DNA from: Corallochytrium limacisporum Hawaii
Lineage: Eukaryota > Protista > Pluriformea
DNA length: 64,000 bases
Direction: 5' to 3'
NCBI GenBank assembly: GCA_002811645.1
Contig: PDIP01000072.1
Span: 1 to 64,000, forward strand
Part shown: one piece after another, positions 23,167 to 33,548 of the stretch
Numbering within the stretch: position 1 is the stretch's first letter
Layout: every line of letters starts with the position of its first letter
Translations under genes and position numbers: made by a program
Notes under the pieces: generated by a model
Database searches by the model: none
What the model was told of the DNA's origin: nothing
What the model saw: only the letters and a program-made list of their open reading frames with translations

Positions 23167-24582
23167 ATGTGGATGGCAATGGCACAGCTGCTCTTTTGCA
23201 TTCCAGGGCTGGTGACTTCAGTATTTGCGGCACGCAGAGAGGAGTGTCTCATCAACGGCGAGCTTCACTATGACGATCGGTGTCGCCAATATTCGGCTCT
23301 GCTGGCAGAGCGTAGTGGTACCCATGGCATGGATACCGACAATGTCCATGGAGTGCCAAGCAGTAATTATCAAGGTGGGATATCAATCGGTGAGTCCTTC
23401 ATGCAACACCTCTACAGTGATCAACAGTATCAAAATCCGCTTCATCCGTCAATGGCAGATCTGATTGATCTACAGGTGCTCTTACACTTTGCCTTTGTTG
23501 GTGTAGTTCTAGGATTGTTCGGCCTTTTTCTCCGCCGGCGAATCGGTAAAATCATTTCTGAACACCAACGGACCAGCAGCTACGGATTCACTGCAATCGC
23601 TGTAGTCTGTGTGGGACTTTTGCTATTTGCAACGATTTTGGAGGCCGAGGTAAGCTGTTGGCAACTATACTCTACACGAAGCGCAGTTGGTGCCAAGTAT
23701 TCAGCTCCTACGTTCTCATCATCGGCTGCAGTGACGGGCTCCATTTTTGACGTGGCATGGGCGTCTGAACGTGGCATGCCGTATGACATGCTCACAATTC
23801 CAGTGCAGTGGAAAACCAAACTAACCTCTTTGCGGACTATGAGAGACCTCGAACGTTTCCACCACGAGTTGCACCGAGAATGGCTTAAGGGACAGGGACA
23901 GGGACATGGACAGGCTTTTCACCGCCATGAAAGCACTATATCAGGCGCCGAAGATGACTTCAAAGCTGATGTGATCGCAATGGAGGATCATTTTATGAAC
24001 ACTTGCGTCGCAAGCCGATTGGACCGACGCATGATGCAGACTGTGGCAGTGATCAAACGATTCGGAGGAGCCTTTGTGCCTGATATTGCAGGACAACTGC
24101 TTGACTTTAGTGGTGTGATATGGAATCAACCATTGACGTGGTTTAAGCCTGTGTTCAATGTCATAAATACTCCATGGCGGGCTCTGGTCCATCTGTTGCT
24201 GTTGGCTCTGGTTCTGTATATAGTGGCGGGGTTCTACATTGTCAATTATTTCAAGTACCGTTTATTGGGATCTCAACAGGCATCGGAGCCGATGCACCAG
24301 CCACAGCCAATCATGCAATCGCCACAGCAGCAGCAGCAGCAGTGTCTGCCATCTACTGGTCCGATTATAGAAGAGATCGAGGAGTCACCCACGGAGGTAG
24401 CCGAAGCAAGTCAAAAGCCGCGGTACATTGAGACAGCAGACAGTGCTGGCAGTATTGACCTCAAAGGCATGTCTGAGAAAGAGATACTTCACCTGGCCTC
24501 CATCCTAAGCGAGCATCTCTCTAAGGAAGTGCAATCCACAGAGACGGCCTGGAAGACGGACCGCATGGCCTCGGGATCGTAA
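23167..24582 (+). CDS. Signal-peptide, ~3-TM membrane protein with poly-Q tail (weak CLCC1/MCLC-like topology)
   Basis: Signal-like MWMAMAQLLFCIPGLVTSVFA, three hydrophobic helices and a low-complexity C-tail. The ORF is open from 23131. Confidence 0.75.
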   Translation: MWMAMAQLLFCIPGLVTSVFAARREECLINGELHYDDRCRQYSALLAERSGTHGMDTDNVHGVPSSNYQGGISIGESFMQHLYSDQQYQNPLHPSMADLIDLQVLLHFAFVGVVLGLFGLFLRRRIGKIISEHQRTSSYGFTAIAVVCVGLLLFATILEAEVSCWQLYSTRSAVGAKYSAPTFSSSAAVTGSIFDVAWASERGMPYDMLTIPVQWKTKLTSLRTMRDLERFHHELHREWLKGQGQGHGQAFHRHESTISGAEDDFKADVIAMEDHFMNTCVASRLDRRMMQTVAVIKRFGGAFVPDIAGQLLDFSGVIWNQPLTWFKPVFNVINTPWRALVHLLLLALVLYIVAGFYIVNYFKYRLLGSQQASEPMHQPQPIMQSPQQQQQQCLPSTGPIIEEIEESPTEVAEASQKPRYIETADSAGSIDLKGMSEKEILHLASILSEHLSKEVQSTETAWKTDRMASGS

Positions 24583-24665
24583 ATGGTTGCTGCAATGCAG
24601 ACGGGCAGTATAATACAAATATAATTCGGAGAATGCTGATGTGAAACCAGAGCATTTTGAAGTCA

Positions 24666-26855
24666 TCAATGTGTAACCAATTTCTTCGGATCCAATTTCA
24701 CCGGGACTGGATCCCACCGAAGGGACAGGGTCGCAATCGGGCGGTGAGGCTGCCGAAAGTTGTCTGCGGTATCGATTTCAGTGTCGTCTTCTTCATTGCG
24801 GGTGCGAGAGACTTCGTATGAGACAAAATCTCTGACCTGTGCATGCGCGTTTGCTCCACCAAGCACGTTCTTCAGGGCCAGATCGAGTTTGCCAATATAA
24901 TCGTCCGCAGTGTAATCATCCTGGTCGTAGAAGTTTAGCCGAAGGGTTGTCCTTTCGACGTCATCTACCATCATTTCAAATGTTTCCTCAAAGCGGGGCT
25001 CCAGAGTGCTCCGGATGCACCTTGTGGCATGAACTAAGACGTTTCCCGGTCTTCGGATGCAGTGGATGTAGCAGTCTGTGAGACCGTTCAGGTCCATGGG
25101 CGGTAGATTGTCGACGTAATGTAAGGTCACCCGTAGCAAGCCTGTGCGGCCAGTGCAGAAACTACGCTTGGGAACTTTGGGCTGTGATGAAGCCGGTGAT
25201 TCGACTTGAGTCTCTGTCTTCTTTGCGGACACAGGCTTAGTCTCACTATCATGATCATCACAGACGTGGTCATGAGCTGTCTCAGATGTTGGATGAGCCT
25301 TTTCGAACTTTTCGTGTTCTTCTTCTTGCATGCGCCGTAAGTAGTCGACGGACACATAAGCCACGTTCAATACAACTGCGTCCGGAACTTTATCCTGCTC
25401 ATTGGAACTGCGACCCAGGGGCAAGGCCCGGAGAAATTCATCCTCAAACTGTTCCGGCTCCTTGAATTGATACGTGTCATCCTCCTCCTCCGTCTGCTGA
25501 CGCTCGTCTCGGTGGCTATCCAAAATCTCTCGAAGAGGGATCTGCAGACCGGAAGCATAGCCGTTATTACCCCGAATAGTAAGACGCAGAGATTCATTCA
25601 GGTTCTGTTTCGTCACCCGCATGAGGAAAGTCATATCTGTTCTGATGCGGTACTTGTCTTTGTAGTCACCCGTGCCAGTGTCAATGATCTTGGATCCCTT
25701 CATGCTGTGCTTCAGCACTAGATCCTCTCGCATACGCTTCGATTGATCTCGGTTAGCCATCCGATCGTCCTCCACACGGGCATCTGCACTTCCCACGCCC
25801 TTCTCCTGCGCGTTTCGTGTCTCCGCCATACCGGTGGCACCCATGCCGACCATGACGTGAATGTCCTTAGAGTTCAATCGAACTACATTCGTATCGAGAC
25901 GCACCTCCTTCACAGACAAAACCAAGACACCTGTAGAGTCTCTACCCAATCTTTGAGCCTCATCATCTATAAGACGGAGCATCACAGCCTCCGGGTCCAC
26001 GCAATTCGAAACCACTGCCCCCATTACTGCGTTGCGGATCCAGCCCGCCAGCAATGGTGCGTCCATCAGATTCATCATCTGTGTCACCGGACGCAGACTA
26101 AAATCAATCTCCGGAGGCTCCGTGAAACTAATGCTCACTGTCTCCACATGCGGGAATGTTTCCACCAATCTGGCCACGACTTTGCACTTACCCCGGAAGA
26201 AGAAGTCGCTGACCGTAAACTTGATGCTAACGTATGGAATCCAAGACTTCATGACCAGCACAATGTCCATGTCAGGACTCCACAATTCTAAAGTTAGTTT
26301 CAAGGGAATTGTGTTGCGAGAAAACAGACTTCCACGGTTGTCGATGTTCATAAACCGCACATGTCGAATCTGTGGGCTCTGATCGTTGAGCGCAAAGGAG
26401 GAGAAAAAGAACTGCTTGATCATTCCTGGCTTGGTCTTCTCCAATTCCTGCTCTAGGGTTTGCTTCAATTGATTACTCAGACCTTCCTCGTAGAACCACC
26501 AGTATCGGTTGACTATTTCGTTAAGCCATTCTGCTGTCTCCTGGTCCCCAGTAACAATCTTTCTCCGCGCATTCTGCCGCTCAACTGCGTACACAAGACG
26601 TTTCATCATGGATTTCTGTGATCTTGTGAAGAAAAGGTACAGTCCTGTAAAAAATATCAGGATCCATGCAATTGACACGTCATGGGTACCAAGGTAGTAC
26701 GCCACGAACAACCCGAGGCAAGTAATCCATGGCCAGATTGCAAGCGTTCTGACGGCCCAAGTACTGTCCCATAGTTCGGGGCCCTGGGGCGCACTGTGCG
26801 TCGGCTGCGCAGGTGACCCATCATGCTGCTGGCCGTGATCGGCCGCCATTTTCAT
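24666..26855 (-). CDS. Extended-synaptotagmin/tricalbin-like SMP + C2 protein
   Basis: N-terminal hairpin TM, SMP start ETAEWLNEIVNRYW, PPEIDF, and C-terminal C2 (MDLNGLTDCY...LEPRFEETF...FYDQDDYTADDYIG). Confidence 0.92.
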   Translation of the reverse strand: MKMAADHGQQHDGSPAQPTHSAPQGPELWDSTWAVRTLAIWPWITCLGLFVAYYLGTHDVSIAWILIFFTGLYLFFTRSQKSMMKRLVYAVERQNARRKIVTGDQETAEWLNEIVNRYWWFYEEGLSNQLKQTLEQELEKTKPGMIKQFFFSSFALNDQSPQIRHVRFMNIDNRGSLFSRNTIPLKLTLELWSPDMDIVLVMKSWIPYVSIKFTVSDFFFRGKCKVVARLVETFPHVETVSISFTEPPEIDFSLRPVTQMMNLMDAPLLAGWIRNAVMGAVVSNCVDPEAVMLRLIDDEAQRLGRDSTGVLVLSVKEVRLDTNVVRLNSKDIHVMVGMGATGMAETRNAQEKGVGSADARVEDDRMANRDQSKRMREDLVLKHSMKGSKIIDTGTGDYKDKYRIRTDMTFLMRVTKQNLNESLRLTIRGNNGYASGLQIPLREILDSHRDERQQTEEEDDTYQFKEPEQFEDEFLRALPLGRSSNEQDKVPDAVVLNVAYVSVDYLRRMQEEEHEKFEKAHPTSETAHDHVCDDHDSETKPVSAKKTETQVESPASSQPKVPKRSFCTGRTGLLRVTLHYVDNLPPMDLNGLTDCYIHCIRRPGNVLVHATRCIRSTLEPRFEETFEMMVDDVERTTLRLNFYDQDDYTADDYIGKLDLALKNVLGGANAHAQVRDFVSYEVSRTRNEEDDTEIDTADNFRQPHRPIATLSLRWDPVPVKLDPKKLVTH

Positions 26856-27468
26856 TCGCCAATCAGCAAGTACCTCACACTTCACTTACGAAATTAAGTT
26901 TGCGCTTAGCTCTCCACAAGTACGATTCCACCTCTGCCCTGCATAAATCCGGTATTTTTTCTTGAGGAAGTGCGGACTATTTAAGTGAACCACATTGCCA
27001 ATGCCAAACTTCTGAAATATCCTTACCACAGAGTACAGAACCAGGGTGCCTTAAGCGCTGTTGCACACCACAAGAACTGAGGAAGAGATCCGCTGCAGGC
27101 GCGACGGTTTGCAGCCCCTTCCAACCCCCGTCCCTTGGTGCGGGAAACCCGCCGCTGCGGGTGCGCCAACGGGGCAGCAAGAGGGTTTGCTGAGGTCGGC
27201 CACGCCGGAAGTAGAAAATAGGCCCCGGACGGGGTTTGGTAGGGCCAAGTGCTGGTACAGACGGGTTTCATGTGGCGACGTGCGCTTGCCAACGTTCTTG
27301 TTGCCTTCGTATACCGCGTATTTCAATGGGAACAAACTGCGCAATTTCATTTAGCTGGAGAATCCATAAGTTCACTAATCGCTGGCTTAACAGTCCCTTT
27401 GGAACAATACTTGAAGGGTGGATGTGGAGCTCTGATGGATATTGATTTTGCCCTGCACCCTGACCAGA

Positions 27469-28422
27469 ATGCCCGAGGAAGAATTTACCTTTAGCTTCGG
27501 GGATGACAGCGAAGATACAACGGTACCTGAATGCGGCTTTGAGCCAAAATTTAAGAAGCAGAAGACAGAACCTCCCAAACCGGTAACTGCATTGTCATTC
27601 AAGGACATAAAGAAGATCACGGAACAGGACATTCCAGTAGAAGAGATCCGCGTGTGCGAGACCGGTTGCCATGTACCATTTGTGAAGCCCAGTGCAACTT
27701 CACGGCTTGCAAATCAAGCCTTCGGTAAGCATGACGTGGTAGCTGGTGTCTACGAAGGTGGCTTCAAGCTCTGGGAAAGTAGCGTAGATCTTGGAAAATA
27801 TCTCTGTCATAACAGCGACTCGGCCATACGAACAGCCCAACGAGTTCTGGAAGTCGGCTGTGGCATGGCGCTGCCGTCAGTCACTGTCCGAAGCCTACAG
27901 ACTAGGGCAAAGAGTGCACAGCCAGCAACGTATTGGTTACAAGACTACAACGAAGAGGTCATTCGTCAGGTTACACACGCCTGCCTCACTGTCAATGGCT
28001 GGTATGATGCCACGCACGGGAAGCAGATAAATGGAGAGAGCCCAGAACCAGCAATGGCGAACGGAGGTTTCCTTTGGGGGTCTTGGGAAGCTATGGTCGA
28101 GGACATGAAGAACAGTAAGGGCGACTGGTGCACTGATAAGTTTGATCTTATTCTCGGTGCAGAGGTGATCTATCGACAGGAGAATGTACCGGCTCTGTGC
28201 GCACTGATCGACGAGACCTTGGCAGCTGATGGGCTTTGCCTACTGGCTAATAAAAAGTACTACTTCGGCGTCGGCGGTGGTACTTTAGGATTTCAGGAGC
28301 ACATTCAAGCACACTGTCCAGCGTTAGAGATTGAGGACATATTTGAAGTGCCAGACGAAAAGACTGCGGTACCGCGAGACATTATCGTCATCAAACGGTG
28401 CAAACAAGTACGCAAGGGATAA
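27469..28422 (+). CDS. METTL18: Histidine protein methyltransferase 1 homolog (METTL18/Hpm1 family)
   Basis: DVVAGVYEGGFKLWESSVDL, VLEVGCG, LQDYNEEVI and KKYYFGVGGG are family-diagnostic motifs. Confidence 0.9.
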   Translation: MPEEEFTFSFGDDSEDTTVPECGFEPKFKKQKTEPPKPVTALSFKDIKKITEQDIPVEEIRVCETGCHVPFVKPSATSRLANQAFGKHDVVAGVYEGGFKLWESSVDLGKYLCHNSDSAIRTAQRVLEVGCGMALPSVTVRSLQTRAKSAQPATYWLQDYNEEVIRQVTHACLTVNGWYDATHGKQINGESPEPAMANGGFLWGSWEAMVEDMKNSKGDWCTDKFDLILGAEVIYRQENVPALCALIDETLAADGLCLLANKKYYFGVGGGTLGFQEHIQAHCPALEIEDIFEVPDEKTAVPRDIIVIKRCKQVRKG

Positions 28423-28507
28423 ACCATTCGTATCCACTAGATTTTTCTACTTTGAACTACTATCGTACTAGTTTACCAAAAATAAAGAACCAGCCAGTAT
28501 TATTACA

Positions 28508-29671
28508 TTAGACCTTGAAATTAAGTCTGCGCAGGAATGGGTCAATGTTGTGGCCTCCCATGTTCAAGCTGTCATAAATGGCCTCTCTAATGCCCTTTGG
28601 GCCGGCCTCATTAAGCAATTCCGTGGGGATTCCAACCTCCGCAATGACCAACGAGTGTTTCGTGGTCAACTTCTGTGTGGCATCCTCAAGGGACGGCAAT
28701 GCTCCGCCTTCCGAGTTCAAAATTGGGTGCCATCCCGTAAGGGCCTGTAGTGCGCCAACCTCTTCGACAATTTCTGCAACAAACTTCTTTCCGTCCGTCG
28801 TAGGGGTATAGTATATGTCTCCAAGATCAAGCACGAACAACGATAGGGGGCACTGTCTCAGTACCCTCTCCATACGTACGCGTAACCTATCCCACTCCAT
28901 CCATTCCTCTAGCCATTGAATCTGGATGGAGCACGATTTTGCATCCTGTTTGACTGTCACAGAGTCCAGGAGCTCTTCCACAGGATCTATTCTAAGCCAC
29001 CGATGAATGACTGGTACCATGGTGGTGATGGGTCCGTCTCGCAAGTCAGGGTCTCCGTGACTCAGGCGACGCAAAACTCCCTGTAGCTCGTTGATGCGAA
29101 CCGACTCAAAAGTATCAGGATTCTCTGGGTCGTGAGGCAGGCTGTCGAGTCCAGTAACTAAGTCATCAACCCAAGAGTCGCTCAATATGCTCAACGGAGA
29201 AGCGCTGGAATCAAAACCCGGCATACGGTCATGAATCAGATCTTCTGCTAACGACTGAAATGTGTTTATAAGCATCTGTGCCCGTGGGCCACCTGGCCCC
29301 CCGACCAGCAAAGCAATGGACATTCCTGTTGCGTAGAGCAAGCATGATCCGATAATAATAGCAGTCCATGGCATGAGGATAGTAGCTTCTTCAACACGCT
29401 TTTGTTCATCGTAGACCTCCAATTGCCAATCGATGTCATCTTCTTCCTCGGGAATGGGTTCTGTTGCTGTCTGGCCATTCTCCTGTGGGGGCTGTTGTGA
29501 GCGTTTGAAAGGACTGAGGGAGTTCATAATGTAATGCACTGTGTTCATCGGGGACTGGAAGCTTACTCGTCGTGGATCTAATTCAGCTATCCGAACTGGA
29601 GACTGCTCGGGAGATGAATCCACATCCGTCAGTACAGCCAGCTTCTTTGGAGCTGATTTCTTCCGAGCCAT
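28508..29671 (-). CDS. Type II membrane protein with degenerate Torsin/Clp-type AAA-like luminal domain (LAP1/LULL1-like)
   Basis: Basic N-terminus, RRVSF motif, single TM. VLRQCPLSLFVLD resembles Torsin 'CprSlFIFDE'. C-terminal DPFLRRL resembles the Arg-finger segment. Confidence 0.55.
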   Translation of the reverse strand: MARKKSAPKKLAVLTDVDSSPEQSPVRIAELDPRRVSFQSPMNTVHYIMNSLSPFKRSQQPPQENGQTATEPIPEEEDDIDWQLEVYDEQKRVEEATILMPWTAIIIGSCLLYATGMSIALLVGGPGGPRAQMLINTFQSLAEDLIHDRMPGFDSSASPLSILSDSWVDDLVTGLDSLPHDPENPDTFESVRINELQGVLRRLSHGDPDLRDGPITTMVPVIHRWLRIDPVEELLDSVTVKQDAKSCSIQIQWLEEWMEWDRLRVRMERVLRQCPLSLFVLDLGDIYYTPTTDGKKFVAEIVEEVGALQALTGWHPILNSEGGALPSLEDATQKLTTKHSLVIAEVGIPTELLNEAGPKGIREAIYDSLNMGGHNIDPFLRRLNFKV

Positions 29672-31289
29672 TCTTCTCTTTTGGTTTTCTCGACAAACCC
29701 TCACATTTCTTTAATTCTAGGCTCTTAATATGACCATGGGTCGACAGTCGTAGGACTTGGATGATAGATCTTTGGCCCGCAGGACTTGTGAAACAGCTTC
29801 GAATCCACAAGCATTGCACCACAACGGCCGTCAGCCTCGGTGCATTGTAGGCAGTGCGTAGGAATGTCGAATCCTCTGGCCACAAGTACTACGCACTCCT
29901 AAGTCCACCCCAGGATATGGTAACGTGCTATGAGGCAAGGATGAAAAGTCCGGGATGCGGTAATACGCCCGTAGCCAAAGGATGCGATTCGCATAGTGTT
30001 CGGCAGCATGAGCGGGAGGCGCGAAAAGAAAGAACAAACTTGGGGAGTCCAATATAGCCACATTTTACGCATAACTTAGATGTCATCGTTAGCGGGGGGT
30101 ACTTCAAAACTACTATTTCGGCCCAGTCCGTATAATTTTAGGCCACTGGCTTAACAACCGTGGCGCGCGCTCCCGAAAGGCTCTGGCAGGCCGGTGAAGC
30201 CGCTCTGCAAATGAATTAGGAAGGCTGCGGCGCCGGGGGCTAGCGACTGTATTGAGTTGGTAGATACACACCAGCCGCATGGGCCACCGTCCTTCCTGTC
30301 CCTCTCGTCGGTGTTGCGCCCCCTCGTCCCTTCCTCCTAACTGCCCCATTCCTCCAGTTCACTACCAAGCGATTGGTCATGGGCTCTCAGTCAGTATTCT
30401 GGCACTGTCCAGTTTTTTGGCCACCAAAGGCCTCAACCAACTGCCGCACACCGTTCTCGTCTTTGGGCAGCCCGATTTTCTCGTTCTTGTTATTTTGGCT
30501 TTCTTTACCCGTTTTGCTGACTTTTTGCTCACACAGAATACACAGAAAAAGCACTTTGCTCGGGTTCTGCTTGTGAAGAGTTGGCCGTGTTTTGCTGGTT
30601 GGAACATTAGAATAACTGCGTAGAAGAGCCTAGGATATCAAAAAGGGCGCGTGGAGTGTGCTGCAAAAAGGCTGGAGAATAGGAAGTGCGTCGAACAGGG
30701 AGCACTCAGTCTCCGTGCCCACAGCGCTCTCTGAAAGAGTTGACCTCTTCTCTCAAAAAACACACACATACGCTCACCCACACACACACACAAAACGGGC
30801 GGCACGTACCCACAAACCCCTCATGCAATGCACTTTTGCGACTGCTTTGCTGGCGCTGAGTGGTTGAAGTAACATATGCACACCGAAGGATAGGGAGCGC
30901 TATCAACGCGCCCTGTCCTGCGGTCTGGTTGCAGTTGGCTGCTTTGTGCTAGTTGTTTGCTTCGCACACACTCTCCGTCGTGCTGACACAAAGTACTGAG
31001 AATATCGAATACTCAGTTATTTAACAAGGAACCAGACCTAACGGCTGCAAGGTGTCACGGACGCTGTGATTTGTAAGATAATCTGAGGTAGGAAGAGCGA
31101 GAATAGAGAACATGGGATATTTCTTTGGAGTTGGATCAGAGCACGTTGGTAACGACGTGGATTGACATCACTGGAATCCCCTTTTCGCTTTGTAGATTTT
31201 TCGGCCATTTAAAGGTATTGTCGGAAGGGTCTCATTTCATTGTATTCTAGAACTTACACCGTACTATATTGCAAGCACAAGTGAACACT

Positions 31290-32651
31290 ATGGCTTCTCT
31301 TATTCGTAACATTGCCCGGGCCAGCCGGGCCTCCTTTGTCGGTCGCCCTACAGTTACTGGGGCTGCTCGCGTTGGGGCTGTAGTACATGGCAGTAGCCAG
31401 GCAGTTTACCATGCTCGTCGCTTCCAGTCCACTGATGCAGCCGAGCTGCCCGCAAACGCGCGGGACCCTGGTTTGGATATCGACAATGTGGAAATTGTCG
31501 AGTCAACTTTGCGCGAGGGTGAGCAGTTTTCTACTGCCTTCTTCAGTACTGAGGACAAGATCATGATCTCCACCATGCTGGACTCTCTGGGTGTGGACTA
31601 CATTGAGCTGACTACCCCCATGGCAAGCACGCAAAGTATGAAGGATTGTGAAGCGGTGGCCAAGTTGGGATTGAAGGCCAAGATTCTGACGCACACACGG
31701 TGCCACATGAGTGATGTGAAGTTGGCCGTGGAGAGCGGTGTGGACGGAGTGAACGTGTACATGGCCACCTCGAACGTGTTGCGCCAATACTCTCACGGTA
31801 AGGGTATTGATCACATTATCGACGCTGCGCGTGAAGTCATTGAGTACTGTCAGTCCAACAATGTAGAGATTCGCTTTAGTTGTGAGGACACTTTCCGTAG
31901 CAATTTGGAAGAAATCACTCGTATCTACACAGCTGTGGATCAGTTGGGAGTGGACCGCATTGGTCTTGCTGACACCGTCGGTGTAGCAACTCCCCTGCAG
32001 GTATACAATACTGTCAAGTGGGTTCGTGAAAGGGTAGGCTGTGACATTGAGTACCACACACACGATGACACTGGATGCTGCATTGCCAACGCTCTGCTGG
32101 CCCTGCAAGCCGGTGCAACGCACATTGATACCTGTGTTCTGGGTATCGGTGAACGCAATGGTATCACACCATTAGGAGGTTTCCTGGGTCGCTTGTACAC
32201 CATCGACAAGGAGAAGGTTCGTCGTCGCTTCAACTTGAAGCTTGTACCGCAACTGGAACGCGTGGTGAGTGAGAAGGTGGGCATAAGTGTGCCCTTCAAC
32301 AATTGTGTGACCGGAAGCACTGCCTTCACCCACAAGGCCGGTGTCCACTCTAAGGCTGTCATGCAGAACCCTGGCTCCTACGAAGTCCTGGATCCCGATG
32401 ATTTTGGTGTGAACCGTAACATTCAGGTTGCACATCGTCTCACTGGTTGGAACGCTGTGCAAAAGCGTGCTCAGGCCCTTGGTCTGGCCCTAGAGGACAA
32501 GCAGGTCAAGGCAGCCACGTTGTACATCAAGAATCTGGCTGATCGTCAGGCAGTGTCTTCAGACGACCTGGACGCTGTGCTCCGTGCCTATCAAGACATG
32601 GAAAGTCTACCTGCTGATGAGGACCTGGACCGTGTTCTCCGTGCTCGCTAA
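31290..32651 (+). CDS. LYS20: Homocitrate synthase (alpha-aminoadipate lysine pathway) with mitochondrial presequence
   Basis: ESTLREGEQF, LTHTRCH, ADTVG, HTHDDTG, LGIGERNG, AFTHKAGVH and RLTGWNA. Arg/Ala/Ser-rich presequence ending RRFQS. Confidence 0.95.
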   Translation: MASLIRNIARASRASFVGRPTVTGAARVGAVVHGSSQAVYHARRFQSTDAAELPANARDPGLDIDNVEIVESTLREGEQFSTAFFSTEDKIMISTMLDSLGVDYIELTTPMASTQSMKDCEAVAKLGLKAKILTHTRCHMSDVKLAVESGVDGVNVYMATSNVLRQYSHGKGIDHIIDAAREVIEYCQSNNVEIRFSCEDTFRSNLEEITRIYTAVDQLGVDRIGLADTVGVATPLQVYNTVKWVRERVGCDIEYHTHDDTGCCIANALLALQAGATHIDTCVLGIGERNGITPLGGFLGRLYTIDKEKVRRRFNLKLVPQLERVVSEKVGISVPFNNCVTGSTAFTHKAGVHSKAVMQNPGSYEVLDPDDFGVNRNIQVAHRLTGWNAVQKRAQALGLALEDKQVKAATLYIKNLADRQAVSSDDLDAVLRAYQDMESLPADEDLDRVLRAR

Positions 32652-33548
32652 GGGAAATCATGTTTAGGAGATTGTCTCTCTCAATTCATGCCACCATTTT
32701 TGTCTTATTCGCTGTATTTACACCATAGAATACATAATCGTATCTTGTGTATCTAAAACTGGGTCTTTCTATGTATCCGTCCAAACCGACCACCACCTTT
32801 CGAAGGCTACTTGCGAAGATTGGCACCCAATGCGTGTTTGCGCCTCCCCTTGCACTGTCGGGGTGGCTTTTGGCTGCTGCCCAGTTCCCCTCCAAACATA
32901 ACAGTCAACGTCACCCGATGAAACAATGGGCGCGCCCGAGTTTCTGGCCTCTTACTTACCAACCCCCCCCCCTCCCCTTTACTTCTTTCATTTTGGTCTG
33001 ATGGCACCCCCCTCCCCGGGGGGTGGGCGGTCTCTGCGCGTCGCGTCCCCCCCCTCGAAATCGGACCAGAGGCGCGCAAAAGCCACTGCTACGGAGGGTC
33101 AGAAGGGAGGGAGGGAGGGGAGAGGAAGGAAACTTTGTTGCCAGGCCACTCCGGCTAAGGTTTTCTGTGGTGGCGAACACACAAAGTATGGTCCCGTCCC
33201 GTTCGGTCAAATTTAGGAGAATATATTCTATGGTGAAACCTCTGGGAATTCAGGTACCCCTGTCGTAGTCAGATATAATACGGGCCGTCCGTACGAATAG
33301 GTTTTGCTTCGCTTCTGTTCCCGGTCTCTCCCGTGGCGTCACTGCTTGAGAGACTGGGCGGGACTGTGTAAGGTTGTTGGGCAATGGTCAGGAATGTCCT
33401 TTCTGGCTATGTAAAGGCTGACACACAAGGACTGTCCTTAACATCCACATTCTGAACAGTGTATGTTCGTGCACCAAGATACCCAATTCTGGATCGAGTT
33501 TCAGCAGCCGACGCTTAGTGTGTTGACCTAGAGACTGAAGACTCGACA

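Noticed and set aside
26884-26889. Perfect GTAAGT donor upstream of the E-Syt start
   Set aside because: No upstream coding exon joins in frame, and the downstream ATGs already give a complete protein.
29790-29812. TTCGAATCC T-loop-like motif
   Set aside because: No T-stem or cloverleaf can be formed. I recognised no tRNA or rRNA gene in the window.
30018-30027. E2F/SCB-like GGCGCGAAAA here and at 56643-56652, plus other TTTSSCGS hits
   Set aside because: Short degenerate motifs are expected many times by chance in 64 kb, and the match was noticed post hoc.
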